Shown here piece by piece: positions 55,592 through 63,998 of a stretch of 64,000 bases of DNA (positions are counted from its first letter, which is position 1; each line of letters opens with the position of its first letter). Position numbers and translations under genes: made by a program. The stretch comes from a virus. The notes under the pieces are model-generated. The model was given only the letters and a program-made list of their open reading frames with translations, had not been told where the DNA came from and ran no database searches. The stretch is from positions 40,081 to 104,080 of the IMG/VR virus record IMGVR_UViG_3300037468_000183, one strand, 5' to 3'.

Positions 55592-57958
55592 ATGGTCAAA
55601 CTCGTGACGGTCATCCTAGTGGCCTCTTTGCTGGCTGGCTGTATCGCGCCGCCATATACCAGCGTTGGCAACTATCGCGCCACGTTGCCGCTGCAAATCC
55701 CCCGGCAAATGCCTGCTATGCCACGTGCGCCGCAGACGGCGACCTGGACATACGCGCTGCCTGCGAAGGCGTGTCCCTGGTCAGCCACGGACAGCAATTG
55801 CCATTATAGTTCGCCCGCGCTCGCTGATCTCAATCATACTGGTACACTGGATATTATTGTCGCGACAAATAACGGCCATGTCGTGGCAATCGATCATGCC
55901 GGTAAGCTGCTTTGGGATGTGGATGTGGCACCCTTCTTCGGCATGGCGGCGGGTACTCAGGAAATCGCTTCATCTCCAGCCGTGGGCGATATCGATGCCG
56001 ATGGTGAGTTGGAGATCGCGGTAGGCGTTGGTAGCGTCTATCCTTCCGTCTGCACCACGGGCGGTGTGATCGTCCTGGACAATCAAGGCCGAATCAAGCC
56101 TGGCTGGCCGCAACTGGCCGACGATTGGAGCCTGCCGCTCGGTTGTCGCGATACCGTTTTCAGCACGCCTGCGCTAGGCGATCTCGACAAGGACGGCAAG
56201 CTGGAAATCGTGGTTGGCAGTTTCGACATGAAAATCTATGCCTGGCGCGCGGACGGCACACTCATGCCGGGTTTCCCGCCCGATGGCGCTCATGCCGCGC
56301 GCTTTCCGACTGAGCCGGAACTACAAGGCCGTCTCAGTGATACCATCTGGTCATCGCCCGCGCTGGGCGACTTAGACCGTGATGGCTTCCTGGAAATCGT
56401 CATCGGCAGCGACGAGGGCAACCGACCGCCGGGCTATAGCTGCCCTTATCGCCTGCCCCCGAATTGGCGGCCCGACTACTGCGGCGGCGCGCTCTATGTC
56501 CTGGATCGCTTTGGGCGCTATCTGCCGGGCTTCCCGAAGTACGTTCTCGATATCATCGCATCCTCGCCCGCGCTGGTGGATTTGGATGGCGACGGCTGGC
56601 TGAATATCGTGGTGGGTACTGGCCCGTTCTACTACGATAACAGCCCCAACTATCCCGTCAGTGGCTTTCGGGTCTACGCCTGGAATCATCGCGGCAATGA
56701 TCTACCGGGCTGGGAGGGCGGTAAGCTCGTTGGCGGCCCAACACCTGCTTCCCCCAGCATTGGCGATCTGGACGGTGATGGCGAACCGGAAATAGTCGGG
56801 GCAACCTATGATCCAGAGCGTAAGCTGTACGCCTGGCATGTTGACGGTGCGCTATTGCCCGGCTTCCCGATGGCACCAACCTTCAACGGCGTGACTTACG
56901 CCAGCTTCGACACGCCCGCGAATTTCATCCTGGCGGATTACAATGGCGACGGCAAGCAGGAAATCTTTTTCAGCACCGGCTGGCTGGTAACAGTCGTGGA
57001 CGGTACTGGACAGCAGCTTACCAACACCGGCTATGGCAGCCCATTACCATCCTACATGACAAACGGCTCGCTGATCAATAATCCCGCCATTGGTGACCTG
57101 CATCAAGACGGCAGACTGGCGTTGATTGCCACTAACAGCCAAGTCACTGTTTGGGATTTACCGCGTGCTGACCGGGCAGCCGCCTGGCCGCTCTTTCGCA
57201 ACAACGTATCACGCACAGGCAGCCTGGGCGCAATCATACCTCTGCCCATCATTCCCCATAGCGCACGCGGGCTTGTGGAACGCTTCTATCTGCATGTCCT
57301 GCGGCGCGCACCGGATCAGACGGGTATGGATACCTGGACTAATGCGCTACTGGATCGGGCCATGAGCGGGGCTGATCTGGCGCGTGCGTTTGTCCTCAGT
57401 TCGGAGTTTGGCGACAGCAACACCACCAATGACGATTTCCTAACCATCATATATCGCGCATTCTTCGACCGCGTGCCGGATGCTGACGGTTACAACGTCT
57501 GGCTCAGTGCACTCAACAATGGACTACCGCGCGTCGAAATGCTGGACGGCTTTATCCGTTCGCGCGAATTTGCTGAACTATGCGATAGGTACGGCATCCG
57601 CGCCAACACGACGCACCAGGACAAGCTACGCACCTACATAATGCGCCTGTATCGCGAAGTCTTGGGCCGCGCCCCAGATGCCGCGGGGTTGGCGATGTGG
57701 GCCACGGGCAACCATACGGGCAGCGAGATGGCGCGCGGCTTCGTGCTCAGCCAGGAGTTCAGCAAACGCGCGTTCAGCGACGAGCAATTCGTGACCATGC
57801 TGTATCGCGCGCTCCTTAATCGCGTGCCGGATAGTGGCGGCTTTGACTTCTGGCTCGCTAATTTGCAGAGCGGCATGAGTCGAGATCGCGTGTTGGAGAG
57901 CTTTATCGGTTCGGCGGAATTTGCCAAACTATGCGAGAGCTACGGTATCGCACCATAA
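55592..57958 (+). CDS. Lipoprotein with FG-GAP/VCBS repeats and two DUF4214-like domains
   Basis: Lipobox LLAGC; repeated SSPALGDLD.DG.LEIV; FV..LYRA.L.R.PD..G...W...F..S.EF; alternative start 55562. Confidence 0.85.
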   Translation: MVKLVTVILVASLLAGCIAPPYTSVGNYRATLPLQIPRQMPAMPRAPQTATWTYALPAKACPWSATDSNCHYSSPALADLNHTGTLDIIVATNNGHVVAIDHAGKLLWDVDVAPFFGMAAGTQEIASSPAVGDIDADGELEIAVGVGSVYPSVCTTGGVIVLDNQGRIKPGWPQLADDWSLPLGCRDTVFSTPALGDLDKDGKLEIVVGSFDMKIYAWRADGTLMPGFPPDGAHAARFPTEPELQGRLSDTIWSSPALGDLDRDGFLEIVIGSDEGNRPPGYSCPYRLPPNWRPDYCGGALYVLDRFGRYLPGFPKYVLDIIASSPALVDLDGDGWLNIVVGTGPFYYDNSPNYPVSGFRVYAWNHRGNDLPGWEGGKLVGGPTPASPSIGDLDGDGEPEIVGATYDPERKLYAWHVDGALLPGFPMAPTFNGVTYASFDTPANFILADYNGDGKQEIFFSTGWLVTVVDGTGQQLTNTGYGSPLPSYMTNGSLINNPAIGDLHQDGRLALIATNSQVTVWDLPRADRAAAWPLFRNNVSRTGSLGAIIPLPIIPHSARGLVERFYLHVLRRAPDQTGMDTWTNALLDRAMSGADLARAFVLSSEFGDSNTTNDDFLTIIYRAFFDRVPDADGYNVWLSALNNGLPRVEMLDGFIRSREFAELCDRYGIRANTTHQDKLRTYIMRLYREVLGRAPDAAGLAMWATGNHTGSEMARGFVLSQEFSKRAFSDEQFVTMLYRALLNRVPDSGGFDFWLANLQSGMSRDRVLESFIGSAEFAKLCESYGIAP

Positions 57959-57973
57959 CGGCATTCAATCCGC

Positions 57974-58013
57974 AAACACAAAGCCCGCTGCGTGTGCAAC
58001 GGGCTTTGTGTTT
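57974..58013. terminator. Bidirectional intrinsic terminator between the convergent arms
   Basis: AAACACAAAGCCCG-loop-CGGGCTTTGTGTTT. Confidence 0.85.
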
Positions 58014-58024
58014 CACGTGAAACA
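58009..58024. promoter_or_regulatory. parS: parS site (chromosomal-type ParB binding palindrome)
   Basis: Perfect TGTTTCACGTGAAACA. Confidence 0.85.
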
Positions 58025-58050
58025 TTCGCGGCGCTCAGCCGTCATGCGCG

Positions 58051-58272
58051 TCAAGCGGCATCTGCACGGCGCGCGGCTCCGGCTCGCGGCAGGCCATCGC
58101 TCTGACCGTTCCAGTCATCGAACAGGATCGAACAGAACGAGTTGGCGCGATTGCAAACCTTGCACGTGACGCCATCGCTCAGGTAGTAGCCAACATTCGT
58201 TTTCACGTCCGCGACTTCGCGTCCGCAAGGCGTCCTGCCTGTAGGTTGCCAGCGATGTACTATGTTGCTCAT
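58051..58272 (-). CDS. Small Cys-containing protein
   Basis: VH...CG...VTCKVC. Confidence 0.55.
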   Translation of the reverse strand: MSNIVHRWQPTGRTPCGREVADVKTNVGYYLSDGVTCKVCNRANSFCSILFDDWNGQSDGLPRAGAARRADAA

Positions 58273-58277
58273 GTTGC

Positions 58278-58448
58278 TCAGTCCTCCAGCGCCACCGGCG
58301 CGCAGGTCGCCGCGTCCACGAGCAGATCATCGCCGCCATTCTCCGTGCGGATGTACAAGCGTTGCCCGTCCGCATGGCCGCAGATGACGACGGCGGGATG
58401 ACCGTCGTGCAGGATGCGGTCGCCGGGCAGATAGATGTTACGACTCAT
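58278..58448 (-). CDS. Small SH3-like protein
   Basis: GGAGG RBS; PGDRILHDG.PAVV. Confidence 0.55.
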   Translation of the reverse strand: MSRNIYLPGDRILHDGHPAVVICGHADGQRLYIRTENGGDDLLVDAATCAPVALED

Positions 58449-58869
58449 CGGATGCCTCCAGAGAACAGATGATATCCAAGTACTCATCCCATGTCCAGCC
58501 GTGGGCGCGGCGTCGAGCGTCGAGCTTGGCGCGGGTCGCCGGCTGGATGCCGCCGATGCCGACTGTGCTGCGCTTGCGTGGCCGCCTGGCATTCCATTTG
58601 TCAAGCCGCTCCCACAAACTGCAGCCAGACAAGTCGGTCTCTCTGCTACGCTCTATCAAGTACTTGCCAAACTCAGCGTCGATTCTCGCAATCCTACGGA
58701 AACCATTGGCGCGGAATTGCTCGCCGTCACTATCGACAACGAAGTAGCGGATGCGCTTCTCCTCAACTCCCTCGACGTGATCCAGGGAGCCGACGCACCA
58801 ATGATCCTGCGGATCGCCATCACTCCACTTGGTAGCTAGGACGTATTCACCTTTTTGTATGTCAGACAT
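58438..58869 (-). CDS. Hypothetical protein with C-terminal RHH-like domain
   Basis: GGAGG RBS; C-terminus shared with 59143-59664. Confidence 0.7.
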   Translation of the reverse strand: MSDIQKGEYVLATKWSDGDPQDHWCVGSLDHVEGVEEKRIRYFVVDSDGEQFRANGFRRIARIDAEFGKYLIERSRETDLSGCSLWERLDKWNARRPRKRSTVGIGGIQPATRAKLDARRRAHGWTWDEYLDIICSLEASDES

Positions 58870-58923
58870 CACATTCCTCCAGTAGCTTCTGCAATTGCCC
58901 ACGGCGCACCTGTTTGTCGATGC

Positions 58924-59130
58924 TCAGTCGTGGCCGGTAGCACGGCGGGGACGTTTTGCGCGCCGGCTTTCGTTATAATTTCCGACAAAAACCAGCTTCT
59001 TCCGGCGCATGATGAACGGCCCACGCGCCCGCGTGCCGCAGCGCAGACAAGTAACGCCAATATGCGACACGTCTTCCTTGTATCCGCAGTCGCACATGCC
59101 AAACGGACCGCCAAGCAAAAAGTGAATCAT
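58924..59130 (-). CDS. Small Zn-finger protein
   Basis: CDCG...VTCLRC; GGGAGGG RBS. Confidence 0.5.
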   Translation of the reverse strand: MIHFLLGGPFGMCDCGYKEDVSHIGVTCLRCGTRARGPFIMRRKKLVFVGNYNESRRAKRPRRATGHD

Positions 59131-59142
59131 CTTCCCTCCCAT

Positions 59143-59664
59143 TCATCCCGCGTCATCGAATGCCTCCTCAAGTGATGCGATGATTTCTAGGTACTCGTCC
59201 CATGTCCAGCCGTGGGCGCGGCGACGGGCGTCGAGCTTGGCGCGTGTCGCGGGCTGGATGCCGCCAATGCCGACTGTGGTGCGCTGGCGTGGCTGTGGCG
59301 CGGGCAATGTTTCACGTGAAACATGCGGCGCGTCCGTGACGCGCTCGCCGGGGGCCAGGATCACGACCGCCGCGATGGGCGCGTTGTGGCAGTCGCCGGC
59401 GATGTGGATGCCGTGGCAGGAGGGACAGGGCGTGAGCATGAACGGTTCTGGCAACGGGGACAGGCCCAGGTGCTTCCGCAAGTCGTTCTCGCTTGCCAGT
59501 GTCAACGCTCCGGGGCGTCTGCGCAGCACGTCCGAAAGCGTCCCAATGGTATTCCGGGGCAGTCCGAGAGTGTCCGCCAGGATGCGCAGAGAGGCACCGC
59601 ATTTTCGCTCAGACAATGCGGACACGGTAGACTCATCTGTGTAATGGAGTGCCCTAGTGTACAT
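59143..59664 (-). CDS. HTH + Zn-knuckle + RHH-like DNA-binding protein
   Basis: SLRILADTLGL..TLSDVL; CPSCHGIH; shared C-terminal module. Confidence 0.7.
   Translation of the reverse strand: MYTRALHYTDESTVSALSERKCGASLRILADTLGLPRNTIGTLSDVLRRRPGALTLASENDLRKHLGLSPLPEPFMLTPCPSCHGIHIAGDCHNAPIAAVVILAPGERVTDAPHVSRETLPAPQPRQRTTVGIGGIQPATRAKLDARRRAHGWTWDEYLEIIASLEEAFDDAG
59308..59323. promoter_or_regulatory. parS: Second parS site (within a CDS, encodes VSRET)
   Basis: Perfect TGTTTCACGTGAAACA, extending to an 18-bp palindrome at 59307-59324. Confidence 0.85.
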
Positions 59665-59735
59665 TTAGCCTTGCCTCTTGTAGTGTGATTCTACGGGTAC
59701 TGTGCCAGGGTGCGAAATCTGGCGCTACGGACGTT

Positions 59736-60221
59736 TTAGCTTTCTGGAGAATGATGATTGTCCGCGTACTCCGCATCGATCTTCCTCGCTGACCAGACGC
59801 GTAGACGTGTCAAGAACCTTGCCCATTCATCCGGCGTGTAGGTTCGCCATTCTTTATCTGGCTGCGGATGCAATCGCATGACTCTGAACTCCGCAATATC
59901 CCACCACTGCTTATCAGCGGGATTCCTTTCATCTGCCAATCTGTAAAGCAGCACGTAGGCTGGCAGTATCGGATTGCATCGCTGCGCAAGGCGTGTGGTC
60001 ACGGTTGCGGGTTTGTAGTCCTGCCCAACATCCCTCGCGGTTTCGATCAGTGCGAGTGGTTCTTTTGTCGAATCGTCATACTCGACATAAAGCGATGCGT
60101 CAAGATCAATCATCGCCAGGACTTGCGCGGTTTCGATGCCAACAAAGCGCCGTGTTGATTCGCGACGATGCCATGCTGAGTATGATCTATCGCGCGTGTT
60201 GTAGATTTCCTCTTGAGGCAT
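59736..60221 (-). CDS. PD-(D/E)xK-like protein coupled to the MTase
   Basis: YSAWHR...IDLD...VEY...ALIETA; TAATG coupling to the MTase. Confidence 0.5.
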   Translation of the reverse strand: MPQEEIYNTRDRSYSAWHRRESTRRFVGIETAQVLAMIDLDASLYVEYDDSTKEPLALIETARDVGQDYKPATVTTRLAQRCNPILPAYVLLYRLADERNPADKQWWDIAEFRVMRLHPQPDKEWRTYTPDEWARFLTRLRVWSARKIDAEYADNHHSPES

Positions 60222-61522
60222 TACGACACCTCCCAAACCACAATCTCCCTGGTAAGTACCAGGCATTTGCGGTTCGCTTTCGCCCATATCACCATCTGCG
60301 CATTGGCTTGCTGGCTCTCGTAGGGGACTGAGTAGCGCATGTCAACCGGGAGCTTGACCATTCTTAGCATGTCGCCAACGTGATCCGTGTAACTCTTGTT
60401 ATCTGCCTTCCACTGCGTTGGTTGGATGATCAGCGCGATGTAGGCCGGTTTCTCTCGCACGGATGTTTTCAGTTTTGACGCAAACGCCTTGATGATGCCG
60501 GATAGCGCGCCGTTGAACTGCTCAATCGTGATATTCGCTAGGTCGGTAGCATCCTTGCTGTACTGGCCTTCGGCTTGCTTCCAGTATGGCGGATCAAGAT
60601 AGACTAAACCTACGTCCTTCCAGCGCGGCACACTTGGCAAGATAATCGCACCGTCCGCAGCAAGCAGATCGTGCTGCCTGATATCTTCGCGCTCGACAAT
60701 CGGCTTGCGATCACTGGCGTAGTAACGGCGCATACGTCTCTTGCATAACTCAATCGTGCTACCGCCTCCCGCAAAGGGATCGACAACCACGTCGAATGGT
60801 TCGGTGTACAGGTAAAGTAGATTGTCAAGCCATTGGATCTCCGAGTTGCCGAAGTGCTTGACGCCGTTGGTCTTTTCCTGTTGCTTCCAGATGTTGTAGA
60901 TTGGCGGCTTCCATTCCGGCTCGGCATAGGTCGCGAGCGTTTGCGCAGGTTTCGTCAGTTTTTCCAGTTCTGGAAATTCTGACCAAATCTCGCTAATCGC
61001 GCCATCGCTCAAATCCTCACTTAGCGCGATTTCCTCTCGTGTCCAGCACGCCAGCCACTTGGCGAAAATGCGCTTGTTCCTGGCGTCCTTCGTGTCCTTG
61101 TCGATACGCGATAACCAAGACTCCACGGTTGACAATGACACGCTCAGGATGCGCGCGAGGTCTTTCTTTTTGTCTGCGCGGGCACGCTCGGCTGTGCTGT
61201 TGTAAATCCGGCGCGCCATGTCCTGCTTGTCCTCCTGGCTGAGTTGTAAGCCATGGGCGGCATTGCGCTCGATTGCCAATTCCAGCAGATGCGCGTCGCT
61301 TGTCGTCTGGGTGATGATAACGGAGATGGTTGGAGAATTGGCTTTCTTGTGCGCTGTCCAGCGATGCCAACCGTCGATCAATATGTCGTTTTGGTTGATC
61401 TCGATTGGCGGAAGTACAGTCAGATCGTCGGCGTACTTTTGGACGGTTTCGGGACTCTTGGCGATGCGCGGATACAGGTCTTCGCGCCAGATGATATCTT
61501 GCGTGTTACGTGATTCTGACAT
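60221..61522 (-). CDS. ParB-like N-domain + HTH + DNA methyltransferase (alpha class)
   Basis: PPI...LIDGWHR, N..HG; DPFAGGGST then YLDPPYW. Confidence 0.85.
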   Translation of the reverse strand: MSESRNTQDIIWREDLYPRIAKSPETVQKYADDLTVLPPIEINQNDILIDGWHRWTAHKKANSPTISVIITQTTSDAHLLELAIERNAAHGLQLSQEDKQDMARRIYNSTAERARADKKKDLARILSVSLSTVESWLSRIDKDTKDARNKRIFAKWLACWTREEIALSEDLSDGAISEIWSEFPELEKLTKPAQTLATYAEPEWKPPIYNIWKQQEKTNGVKHFGNSEIQWLDNLLYLYTEPFDVVVDPFAGGGSTIELCKRRMRRYYASDRKPIVEREDIRQHDLLAADGAIILPSVPRWKDVGLVYLDPPYWKQAEGQYSKDATDLANITIEQFNGALSGIIKAFASKLKTSVREKPAYIALIIQPTQWKADNKSYTDHVGDMLRMVKLPVDMRYSVPYESQQANAQMVIWAKANRKCLVLTREIVVWEVS

Positions 61523-61534
61523 GACGTTTCCTCC

Positions 61535-61640
61535 AAGAACAAGAACAGCCCGCCGTTGCAAGCGTGTCGAAGGCTGCGCGGCGGGCTGTGGTTAGTCCCT
61601 TGCGGGATTGATCCCTATGTTGTTATGCAGCCTTCGACAA
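61535..61640 (-). promoter_or_regulatory. Structured 5' leader / attenuator of the ParB-MTase operon
   Basis: Terminator stem CAGCCCGCCG/CGGCGGGCTG + U-rich tail; its loop is complementary over 13 nt to the transcript 5' end. Confidence 0.7.
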
Positions 61641-61644
61641 CCAC

Positions 61645-61673
61645 ATTCTACCATACATCGCCCGCCGTGTCAA
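61645..61673 (-). promoter_or_regulatory. Sigma70-type promoter
   Basis: TTGACA-17 bp-TAGAAT with extended TG. Confidence 0.85.
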
Positions 61674-61697
61674 CCGGGCCGCGCGGCGCGCCGCGTC

Positions 61698-61859
61698 TCA
61701 TTCATGCCAGTCGATTGACCAATCAAACTTGTTGTCGATGCGGGCGTGAAAGACATTCTCGCAGCGCGGACAGGTGATCGTTACGTCGTCAATCGCAGTT
61801 GGCGGTCCGCTCACTTCCGCGCCGCACTCTGGACAGTAGTAGATATCCATTGTTACCAT
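61698..61859 (-). CDS. Zn-ribbon protein
   Basis: CPECG...CPRC. Confidence 0.6.
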   Translation of the reverse strand: MVTMDIYYCPECGAEVSGPPTAIDDVTITCPRCENVFHARIDNKFDWSIDWHE

Positions 61860-61908
61860 TCCTGCAATCAGCGGCGCGCCGAACTCCACACGGCGCGCCG
61901 TCCAGGTG

Positions 61909-62121
61909 TCAAGGCCGCGCTTCCTCGACCGTCTCAGCAATGTCTTGCGTAGCGCACTCGGCGTGGCTGATGATACTGTGCAGACTGTCCGCGATGGCGC
62001 GCTCGTTGTATTCTCGATTCTCGCCCGCCTGGAGTTGTTTGCAATATATCGCAATCATCTCAGCGCATGTTTGAATGGCGAAGGCGTGATCTTTGACTTG
62101 CAAGACACCCAGGGCATTCAT
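61909..62121 (-). CDS. Hypothetical protein
   Basis: GGAGGTG RBS, ATGA coupling. Confidence 0.55.
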   Translation of the reverse strand: MNALGVLQVKDHAFAIQTCAEMIAIYCKQLQAGENREYNERAIADSLHSIISHAECATQDIAETVEEARP

Positions 62122-62315
62122 GGTCGCACCTCCGGCGCGCATTCCTGGTGCTGATACACGTTCTCCACCAACACCCCATCGCCTTTGCCGGCGCGGATGC
62201 CGACGATGCGATATGGCGCTTGCCCGCTGATCTTCTCGCCGCACACGTCGCAGAATATCGGGAACCTATCCCGCAGCGTCTTTGCACCGTTGCCGGATTC
62301 AAGTTTGTCATCCAT
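62118..62315 (-). CDS. Zn-finger protein
   Basis: CDVCGE...HQEC. Confidence 0.6.
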   Translation of the reverse strand: MDDKLESGNGAKTLRDRFPIFCDVCGEKISGQAPYRIVGIRAGKGDGVLVENVYQHQECAPEVRP

Positions 62316-62329
62316 GTCCACGTCCCTCC

Positions 62330-62560
62330 TCAAACCGGCTCTGGCACGAACTCATCCGGGCAGCGCCACAGTACAATGCTGCCATCCGACAAGCGTACCT
62401 TGCGTGGCACGATGCTTTCGAGTTCTGCGATGCGCGCCATCAGGTGCTCATTGACAGCAGCCAGAGCCACAGCGCAATCTTCGGCGGTGCCGTGGAGCAT
62501 GAGATTCGCCACGATAGGGTTATTGATCTGCAAGACCTCAAACGGTGTCAACGGTGTCAT
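62330..62560 (-). CDS. Hypothetical protein
   Basis: GAGG RBS. Confidence 0.55.
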   Translation of the reverse strand: MTPLTPFEVLQINNPIVANLMLHGTAEDCAVALAAVNEHLMARIAELESIVPRKVRLSDGSIVLWRCPDEFVPEPV

Positions 62561-62573
62561 GTCATCCTCTTTG

Positions 62574-63005
62574 TCATTCCAGCATCTCGATGATGAAATT
62601 CTCGGCATCGAGCGCGGCCTTCTGCCAGTCGTTCCCGACCGTGCGACCGTGCGCCAGCTTCCCGCGCGCAATCTGCATCATGTTGTGCCATTCATCCTCG
62701 GAGTGCGCGGCGCGGCGCAGCAGATCGATGACAACGGCAGCGGTGTTGCCTTCGCCGTGGTACGCATCTGGCTCATGCTCGGCCAGCCAGTCGTTGATGC
62801 GGGCGATTTGATTCTCCGGTGTGTCCATCTTCACCTTCCTGAGTGTGGCGCATGTCGCCTCCACGGTCGCGATGCGCAACTGTTCAGCCGCCGCGTCTTC
62901 GGCAGCCTGCGCGTTCAACGCTGCATCCTCGCATCTGCGCGCTTCGGCAACCGCTACCAGCCATGCCTCATAGGCCGAGATATATGTGGGTGGATCAGTC
63001 GGCAT
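62574..63005 (-). CDS. Helical hypothetical protein
   Basis: GGAGG RBS. Confidence 0.6.
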   Translation of the reverse strand: MPTDPPTYISAYEAWLVAVAEARRCEDAALNAQAAEDAAAEQLRIATVEATCATLRKVKMDTPENQIARINDWLAEHEPDAYHGEGNTAAVVIDLLRRAAHSEDEWHNMMQIARGKLAHGRTVGNDWQKAALDAENFIIEMLE

Positions 63006-63414
63006 GATTGCCTCCGTTGCGCACGCCGCGCCGCACATCTTCCGTGGACTTTTTGACGGCCGCGGCCATCACGTCGAAAGCGTATTCGTCGGCCCACGTC
63101 AGCGCCTCCGCTGTGTTCGCCAGCGTCACCGCCACGTCTGGCAGTTCATCCTTCAACCCGGCGTATGACCGGATGCGCCCGTAGCTCTGCCAGCGCTTCA
63201 GATCATCGAACTCAGCGCGCGCTGCGTCGTGCAACGTGGCGATCAGTTCGTCGGTTTGGCCGCTGAAGCCCTCGACATGGCGCGCCGCCTCGCAGGCTTC
63301 CTCAAGCAGCTTGCAGACCTGGCGTGCCGTCAGTTGTTCGGCGGTGAGTCCTGCCGTGTAGCCACGTGCTACCAGCGCCTCGAAGATAGCTCCCTGGGCC
63401 TCAAGTGTGTTCAT
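62995..63414 (-). CDS. MazG-like nucleotide pyrophosphohydrolase
   Basis: KLLEEACEA ... KDELPDV (EExxE / ExxD). Confidence 0.65.
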   Translation of the reverse strand: MNTLEAQGAIFEALVARGYTAGLTAEQLTARQVCKLLEEACEAARHVEGFSGQTDELIATLHDAARAEFDDLKRWQSYGRIRSYAGLKDELPDVAVTLANTAEALTWADEYAFDVMAAAVKKSTEDVRRGVRNGGNHAD

Positions 63415-63998
63415 TGCGTTGTGTCCTCTCTGTCCCGAATCCAATACTCCCAAACGCCATCACGCTTCCTGCGAGCCAGTGTGCCTTTCTTCTCCATCCT
63501 CGTCAGACAGTTGCTCGCCAACGAGCCGGGAAGATCGAGCACAGCGTTGACCTCCCGGAATGTCAGCGGTGTCGATGCCGTGACCAGCAGAGCCACCACC
63601 TTTTCAATGTGCTTCTGCTTGCGACCGACCGGGTTGGCCGGCACAGGCGAAGGCACGGCGTTACCCGTTGCCAGCCAAGTCGTGCGTTCCTTGCAGCGTT
63701 CGGGACGTGCGAGACCCACGGCAACGATACGGCTCTGATTGCGCAGCAAACGCCACGCACCCAGCAGCAACGACTTCTCTCTGTCCACGCCAACGCAACA
63801 CTCGGAGAACATCGCTGGACGATCCAGGAGGAGCAGGTTTGCCAGCAGCGTTTCAGCGACCGCGGCAATCTGTACGCGCCTTTGCTCGGCCACGGCTTGC
63901 GCGTCTGCCTCGTCAACCGCTGCACGGCAGACAACCGCCTCCCGCGCGATGTTGGCGCGCTGGCATTCTGCGTAGTACGGACAGGCAGGCCGTTTGGT
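63411..63998 (-). CDS. Winged-helix-containing protein, 5' end outside the window
   Basis: Frame is open to the window edge; LTFREVNAVL...LTRMEKKG..R. Confidence 0.55.
   Translation of the reverse strand, partial: TKRPACPYYAECQRANIAREAVVCRAAVDEADAQAVAEQRRVQIAAVAETLLANLLLLDRPAMFSECCVGVDREKSLLLGAWRLLRNQSRIVAVGLARPERCKERTTWLATGNAVPSPVPANPVGRKQKHIEKVVALLVTASTPLTFREVNAVLDLPGSLASNCLTRMEKKGTLARRKRDGVWEYWIRDREDTTQ

Noticed and set aside
58480-59278. DGR template/variable repeat pair
   Set aside because: Differences are synonymous and not confined to adenines; no RT in the window
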